Source of the DNA: Clostridia bacterium
GTDB lineage: Bacteria; Bacillota; Clostridia; UBA1212; UBA1255
Reading direction: 5' to 3'
DNA: 64,000 nt
Assembly: GCA_017517275.1 (NCBI GenBank)
Contig: JAFWZX010000034.1
Location: forward strand, 1,145-65,144
Shown here: piece by piece, positions 59,015-64,000 of the stretch
How the letters are laid out: each line of letters starts with the position of its first letter
Numbering within the stretch: the first letter of the stretch is position 1
The notes under the pieces: model-generated
The model's database searches: none
Seen by the model: the letters and a program-made list of their open reading frames with translations, nothing else
What the model was told of the DNA's origin: nothing
Position numbers and translations under genes: made by a program

Positions 59015-60304
59015 ATGTCACAGTATACACAATATCTGGAAAGTTATGGAAAAAAAGCAAAAGCAGCATCTATGCAGCTTGCGGTTTTACCGGTGAAAAT
59101 AAAAAATGACGTTTTAAAGACGGCTGCAGACATGTTAATAAGCCGTAGCGCTGAGATTATTGAAGCTAACTGCCGGGATTTGGAGAATGCAAAAGCAAAC
59201 GGAATGAGTCCGTCGATGCAAGACAGACTCCGCCTTACAGAAGCCAGACTAAGCGGTATGGCAGAAGGTCTCGTCCAACTTATGGCCTTAAAGGACCCGG
59301 TTGGTAACGTAATTGGAGGACATACCTGCGAAAATGGTATACAGATTATTAAAAAAACAGTCCCCTTGGGAGTTCTTGGTATAATATTTGAGGCAAGACC
59401 TAACGTAACGGCAGATGCGGCCGGCCTTTGTATCAAATCAGGCAATGCCTGTATATTAAGAGGCGGTAAAGAAGCTATTTACTCAAATCTCGCTGTGGCA
59501 AAAATATTCGCAGATGCACTTGAGGCGAACGGTGTTTCACCGGACTGCGTTCAGCTTATAGATAACACTTCAAGAGAGGTTGCTACGGAGCTAATGCAAC
59601 TCAATAAATATATTGACGTTCTTATCCCAAGAGGAGGAAAAGGCCTGATTGAATCTGTTGTTAAGAATTCAACTATTCCGGTAATTCAGACCGGTACCGG
59701 CAATTGCCACATATACGTAGACGAGGACGCGGATTTCAAAATGGCAATTGACGTTATCATTAATGCCAAGACTCAGCGCCCGTCAGTGTGCAATGCCGTT
59801 GAGACCGTGCTGATAAGTAGCGTTATTGCAGATATTTTTCTTCCTGCAATGGCTCGTGAATTAATTGAAAGAAAAACGCAACTTCGTGTTTGTGAAAAGT
59901 CAATGGCTGCTCTTGCCGAATCCGGCTGTGAGAAGCTTGATATGACGTATATTACCGAGGCGACACAGGAGGATTGGGATACGGAGTACAACGATTACAT
60001 TCTTGCCGTAAAAGTTGTAAATGATGCTGATGAGGCCATCTCCCATATAAATGCCCACGGAACGAGACATTCCGAAGCAATTATAACGGAGAATTACACC
60101 ACAGCGGTAAGATTCCAGGAATTAGTAGATGCTTCTTGTGTATACGTTAACGCCTCTACACGTTTCACGGACGGATTTGAATTCGGCTTGGGAGCAGAAA
60201 TCGGAATCAGCAACCAGAAGCTTCACGCAAGAGGTCCTATGGGCTTGAATGAGCTTACGACTTACAAGTATATTATTAACGGAAAAGGACAAATCAGACA
60301 ATAA
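59015..60304 (+). CDS. proA: Gamma-glutamyl phosphate reductase
   Basis: EARPNVT, LRGGKEA, CNAVET, NASTRFTDG, KLHARGPMG. Confidence 0.97.
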   Translation: MSQYTQYLESYGKKAKAASMQLAVLPVKIKNDVLKTAADMLISRSAEIIEANCRDLENAKANGMSPSMQDRLRLTEARLSGMAEGLVQLMALKDPVGNVIGGHTCENGIQIIKKTVPLGVLGIIFEARPNVTADAAGLCIKSGNACILRGGKEAIYSNLAVAKIFADALEANGVSPDCVQLIDNTSREVATELMQLNKYIDVLIPRGGKGLIESVVKNSTIPVIQTGTGNCHIYVDEDADFKMAIDVIINAKTQRPSVCNAVETVLISSVIADIFLPAMARELIERKTQLRVCEKSMAALAESGCEKLDMTYITEATQEDWDTEYNDYILAVKVVNDADEAISHINAHGTRHSEAIITENYTTAVRFQELVDASCVYVNASTRFTDGFEFGLGAEIGISNQKLHARGPMGLNELTTYKYIINGKGQIRQ

Positions 60305-60318
60305 AAGGCAGGAAGAAT

Positions 60319-61017
60319 ATGGCAAATAACGATTTTTTTGCAATAGCAATAGATGGTCCTTCTGGCGCAGGCAAGAGTACAATGGCCAAGATGCTGGCGA
60401 AAGACCTGGCAATAACTTATCTTGATACAGGCGCAATGTATAGAGCCGCGGCTGTATACGCCACCCGTAACAATATTGACGTAAATAACAGCGCTGAAGT
60501 TATACCTTTGCTTGATTCGCTTGACATCGGGATTGATTATAAAGACGGGCATCAAACCGTTTCGCTCGGCTCAGACGACGTTACGCTGACGATAAGAGAG
60601 CCATGGGTATCCATGAAAGCTTCTGATATATCAAAAATACCGGAAGTGCGCACGAAGCTTGTTGATTTGCAAAGAAAGATTGCCTCCGGCAAGAACGTAG
60701 TTATGGATGGCCGTGACATAGGCACGTGTGTACTGCCGGATGCACAGGTTAAAATCTACCTTACTGCAAGCAGCGACGCAAGAGCAGACAGAAGATACAA
60801 GGAGCTTATAGAGAAAGGTGATAAAGTAACGTATGACGAAGTCCTCGCTGACATAATCAGACGTGATAATAACGATATGAACCGTGCGGTATCGCCGCTA
60901 AGACAAGCAGAAGACGCAGTATTGCTTGATACGTCAAACCTTAATATTGCGCAAAGCGTCCAGGCTATAAAAAATATAGTGAGAGAGAAGATCGGATTAT
61001 GCAAAATAGAAAATTGA
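60319..61017 (+). CDS. cmk: Cytidylate kinase
   Basis: IDGPSGAGKST, DTGAMYRA, DGRDIGT. Confidence 0.97.
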   Translation: MANNDFFAIAIDGPSGAGKSTMAKMLAKDLAITYLDTGAMYRAAAVYATRNNIDVNNSAEVIPLLDSLDIGIDYKDGHQTVSLGSDDVTLTIREPWVSMKASDISKIPEVRTKLVDLQRKIASGKNVVMDGRDIGTCVLPDAQVKIYLTASSDARADRRYKELIEKGDKVTYDEVLADIIRRDNNDMNRAVSPLRQAEDAVLLDTSNLNIAQSVQAIKNIVREKIGLCKIEN

Positions 61018-61613
61018 TGGAGTTTTACAGAGTAATCGTCAGAACCTTCTTTGCACTTTTTATGCACGTTAAGGTATACGATATTGATAAGCTTATCAAA
61101 GAAGGCGGCGGATTGATTGCTGCAAACCATAAATCAATGCTTGATATGTTTATGATCGGGGTAAAATCTCCAAGATATCTTCATTGGATGGCAAAAAAAG
61201 AATTGTTTAAAAATAAAATATTTGCAAAGATAATCACAGGCTGTGGAGCCTTCCCCGTAGACAGAGGCGGAACTGACGTAGGAGCTGCAAAGACAACGTT
61301 ATCTCTTTTAAATCAAGGTGAATTAGTTGGTATTTTTCCGGAAGGAACCAGAAACAAGAAGGCGACATCGCCTACAAAAGTTCATTCAGGCGTGGCAAGA
61401 TTTGCAATCGAAGCTAACGTGCCTGTACAACCGGTAGCAGTTTGGGGAAAATACAGAATCTTTGGCAAGGTATACGTACGGTTTGGTGATCCGTATTATC
61501 TTCCTGAAAACGATCCTGAACATCCTTTCACAAAAGCAGACTATCTGAAGTTTGCCGGTGAAATATTAGAAAAATGTTATGCTCTGATGGGGGATAAAGA
61601 TGGAAATAATTAA
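60999..61613 (+). CDS. plsC: 1-acyl-sn-glycerol-3-phosphate acyltransferase
   Basis: NHKSMLD, AKKELF, FPEGTR. Confidence 0.92.
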   Translation: MQNRKLMEFYRVIVRTFFALFMHVKVYDIDKLIKEGGGLIAANHKSMLDMFMIGVKSPRYLHWMAKKELFKNKIFAKIITGCGAFPVDRGGTDVGAAKTTLSLLNQGELVGIFPEGTRNKKATSPTKVHSGVARFAIEANVPVQPVAVWGKYRIFGKVYVRFGDPYYLPENDPEHPFTKADYLKFAGEILEKCYALMGDKDGNN

Positions 61614-63939
61614 AGTTCCGTCAGCAGGTTTTTGTTTCGGTGTGGCAAAGGCTGTCAAGACTGCCTACGATTCTGTTGAAAAAAGTCAAGGGCGCGTTTA
61701 TTGTTGCGGTGAACTTATTCATAATCATACGGTTACAGAGGAATTGGAAAGTAAAGGTCTCATTACGGTAGATGACGCAGAGTGTCTTGCAAAAGCATCC
61801 GTTGGAGATAAAGCTATCATAAGAGCTCACGGTGTTACACCGTCAGTTTACAAAATGCTGAATGACAAAGGTTACGATATAATAGATGCTACGTGTCCCT
61901 TCGTTGCAAAGATTCATGATTTGGTAAGAAAAGAATATGAAGATGGTCGCAGAATTGTTATAATAGGCGATCCGAATCATCCTGAAGTTACAGGTATTAA
62001 TGGATTTTGTGAAAATTCTGCTGTGATTTGTAATTCTTTTGAAGAATTCGCAAATTTTGTAAATGACAGTGAAAAGTTCAAACACAATATATTGTATAGT
62101 GTAGTAGCACAGACCACTTTTGCGCAAAAAAAATTCGATGAAATTGTAAATTTTTTTAAAAATTCCTTTGACAATATGCGTTTTTTTGATACAATATGCA
62201 GTGCTACATCTTTGCGACAGCAGGATACTATAAAAATAGCATCGCAAGTTGATTTAATGATTGTTGTGGGCAGTAAGATGAGTTCCAATACTCGCAAGCT
62301 CTATGACATATGCGTTGAGTTATGCCCTGATGCGATTCTTGTGGAATCAGCCAAGGAGCTGGATGGTGTGCGCAAAAATGTATTTAAAAAAGTGGGAGTG
62401 ACTGCGGGTGCATCAACGCCCGACAAGGTCATCGAGGAGGTCATTGGTTTTATGAGCGAAGAAATTACTAAAGTAGAAGACGTTATCGAAGCTGCAGAAG
62501 TTGTAGCAGAGGACGCTATCGAAGTTGCACCGGTTCAGGAAGCTGTTGCTGAAGAAGTTGCTGATGTAGTAGCAGAAGAGACAGTAGAAGCAGCGGATGA
62601 TACGGAAAACAGTTTTGAAGATTTGTTAAACAGCAGTCTTACAACGATCACCAGCGGACAGGTTGTTACAGGTCCTATCAGCAAGATTGATTCAAAGGGT
62701 GTTTATATTGATTTAGGCTTCAAATTTGAAGGCTTCATCGCTATTGATGAATTTGAAGAAGTTCCGGGATTTGATATTGAACAGCTTAAGATCGGCGATG
62801 AAGTAGAAGCTATGGTTGTCAAAGTAAGTGACAAAGATGGCGAAGCTATTTTATCTAAGAGACGTGTTGACAATAAGAAGAATATGAAGATTCTTGAAGA
62901 TTCCTTCGCAAATCAAACTCCTGTTTCAGTTAGAGTTGCTGAAGCCGTTAACGGTGGCGTAGTTGCTTTCCTCGGTTCAGTACGTATTTTCGTTCCTGCA
63001 TCACAGCTTTCTGAGAAATTTATCAGAAATCTCTCATCTTTTGTAGGTAAGACGATTGAAGTAATTATTACAGCTTTCGAAAAGGGTCCGAGAGGACATA
63101 ACCGTATTGTTGGTTCACGCAAGGTTATCTTAGTTGAACAGAGAACAAAGAAGGAAGAAGCTTTCTGGGGTAAAATCGAAGTTGGCGGTACATACACAGG
63201 TGTTGTTAAGAGCCTTACTCCTTTCGGTGCTTTCGTAGATCTTGGCGGATACGACGGACTTATTCATATGTCAGAGCTTTCTTGGAACAGAGTAAGACAT
63301 CCGAAGGAAGTTCTCAGTGTTGGTCAGGAAGTAGAAGTTAAGGTTCTTGAATTTGACCGCGAAAAGCAGAGAATATCTCTTGGTTACCGCAAGGCAGAAG
63401 AAAATCCTTGGTTTGATGCTGAGAACCTTTATCAGGTTGGCGACATCCTTGAGGTAACAGTTGTTAGATTTGTTGCTTTCGGCGTATTTGTAAATATTGC
63501 TCCCGGCGTTGACGGCCTTGTTCACATTTCACAGATTTCTAACCAGAGAATCCAAAGTGCAGCTGATTGCCTGAAGATTGGTCAGAAAGTTATGGCTAAG
63601 ATTATTGATACTAATATCGCTGAGAAGAAGATTAACCTTAGCATCCGCGACGTTCAGGAATATAACCCTGAGCCGAAGCCGGTAGAGTATGATGAAGACG
63701 GTAATCCTATCGTTCCTGAGAAGAAGGAAAGACCTCGCAGAAAGCCTCGCGCTGAAGCTCAGGAAGGCGAGAACGGAGAGGCTCCTGTAAGAGAGCGTAA
63801 GCCTCGCGGAGAGAGAAAGCCAAGAAGAGAAAACAAAGAAGAGACAGTTGTTGCTGACGTTGAGTCTTCAATCGGTACTTCATTAGGCGATCTCCTTGCA
63901 GCACAGCTCCAGGATGTTGAGACTACTGACGCTGAATAA
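61600..63939 (+). CDS. ispH: Bifunctional IspH (HMBPP reductase) - 30S ribosomal protein S1 fusion
   Basis: GFCFGV, DATCP, HPEV, DTICSAT, SSNT, AGASTP, then an acidic linker and four S1 repeats (FGAFVD, GLIHMSE, GLVHISQ). Confidence 0.95.
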   Translation: MEIIKVPSAGFCFGVAKAVKTAYDSVEKSQGRVYCCGELIHNHTVTEELESKGLITVDDAECLAKASVGDKAIIRAHGVTPSVYKMLNDKGYDIIDATCPFVAKIHDLVRKEYEDGRRIVIIGDPNHPEVTGINGFCENSAVICNSFEEFANFVNDSEKFKHNILYSVVAQTTFAQKKFDEIVNFFKNSFDNMRFFDTICSATSLRQQDTIKIASQVDLMIVVGSKMSSNTRKLYDICVELCPDAILVESAKELDGVRKNVFKKVGVTAGASTPDKVIEEVIGFMSEEITKVEDVIEAAEVVAEDAIEVAPVQEAVAEEVADVVAEETVEAADDTENSFEDLLNSSLTTITSGQVVTGPISKIDSKGVYIDLGFKFEGFIAIDEFEEVPGFDIEQLKIGDEVEAMVVKVSDKDGEAILSKRRVDNKKNMKILEDSFANQTPVSVRVAEAVNGGVVAFLGSVRIFVPASQLSEKFIRNLSSFVGKTIEVIITAFEKGPRGHNRIVGSRKVILVEQRTKKEEAFWGKIEVGGTYTGVVKSLTPFGAFVDLGGYDGLIHMSELSWNRVRHPKEVLSVGQEVEVKVLEFDREKQRISLGYRKAEENPWFDAENLYQVGDILEVTVVRFVAFGVFVNIAPGVDGLVHISQISNQRIQSAADCLKIGQKVMAKIIDTNIAEKKINLSIRDVQEYNPEPKPVEYDEDGNPIVPEKKERPRRKPRAEAQEGENGEAPVRERKPRGERKPRRENKEETVVADVESSIGTSLGDLLAAQLQDVETTDAE

Positions 63940-63959
63940 TTCTTATAAAAACACCCATT

Positions 63960-63990
63960 AAGAGCAGAGCCTTTGTTCTCTGCTCTTTTT
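63960..63990 (+). terminator. Intrinsic terminator
   Basis: AAGAGCAGAG-CCTTTGTT-CTCTGCTCTT-TTT. Confidence 0.85.
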
Positions 63991-64000
63991 ATATTGCTTT

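Noticed and set aside
1-64000. Remaining short antisense or alternate-frame ORFs; tRNA, rRNA, CRISPR, IS or prophage
   Set aside because: The ORFs are nested in well-supported genes and show no motifs; no cloverleaf, rRNA, repeat-spacer array, transposase, integrase or phage structural gene was recognised

Overview
64-kb chromosomal window from a low-GC Firmicute (Clostridia; inferred from sigH, spoVS, gerW, rny, 6S RNA and an ispH-rpsA fusion). Most of it is housekeeping: ftsK, rny-ymdB-spoVS, miaB, a polar amino-acid ABC transporter, scpAB, prmC, uvrC, ferredoxin, rsmI, an MreB-family gene, ispD, cysS-sigH, thyA-folA, a TPP-riboswitch-controlled ThiXYZ-type transporter and proBA-cmk-plsC-ispH/rpsA. 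Accessory genes, many encoding surface proteins, are interspersed. I found no CRISPR array, tRNA, rRNA, integrase or transposase. Most notable: (i) an ECF-sigma-like protein fused to a TM helix and an extracellular propeller; (ii) a PaxB/Pyr4-like membrane gene bracketed by a perfect 57-bp duplication of the 3' end of the GGGtGRT gene; (iii) a consensus promoter and strong RBS inside the ispH-rpsA fusion, suggesting separate S1 production; (iv) a lipoprotein with one intact and one ligand-stripped metallo-beta-lactamase domain; (v) two non-catalytic triple-SH3-like surface proteins flanking the NifU-like/GGGtGRT operon; (vi) a minimal Tad pilus operon behind a structured leader. All family calls come from motif recognition by eye; no searches were run.
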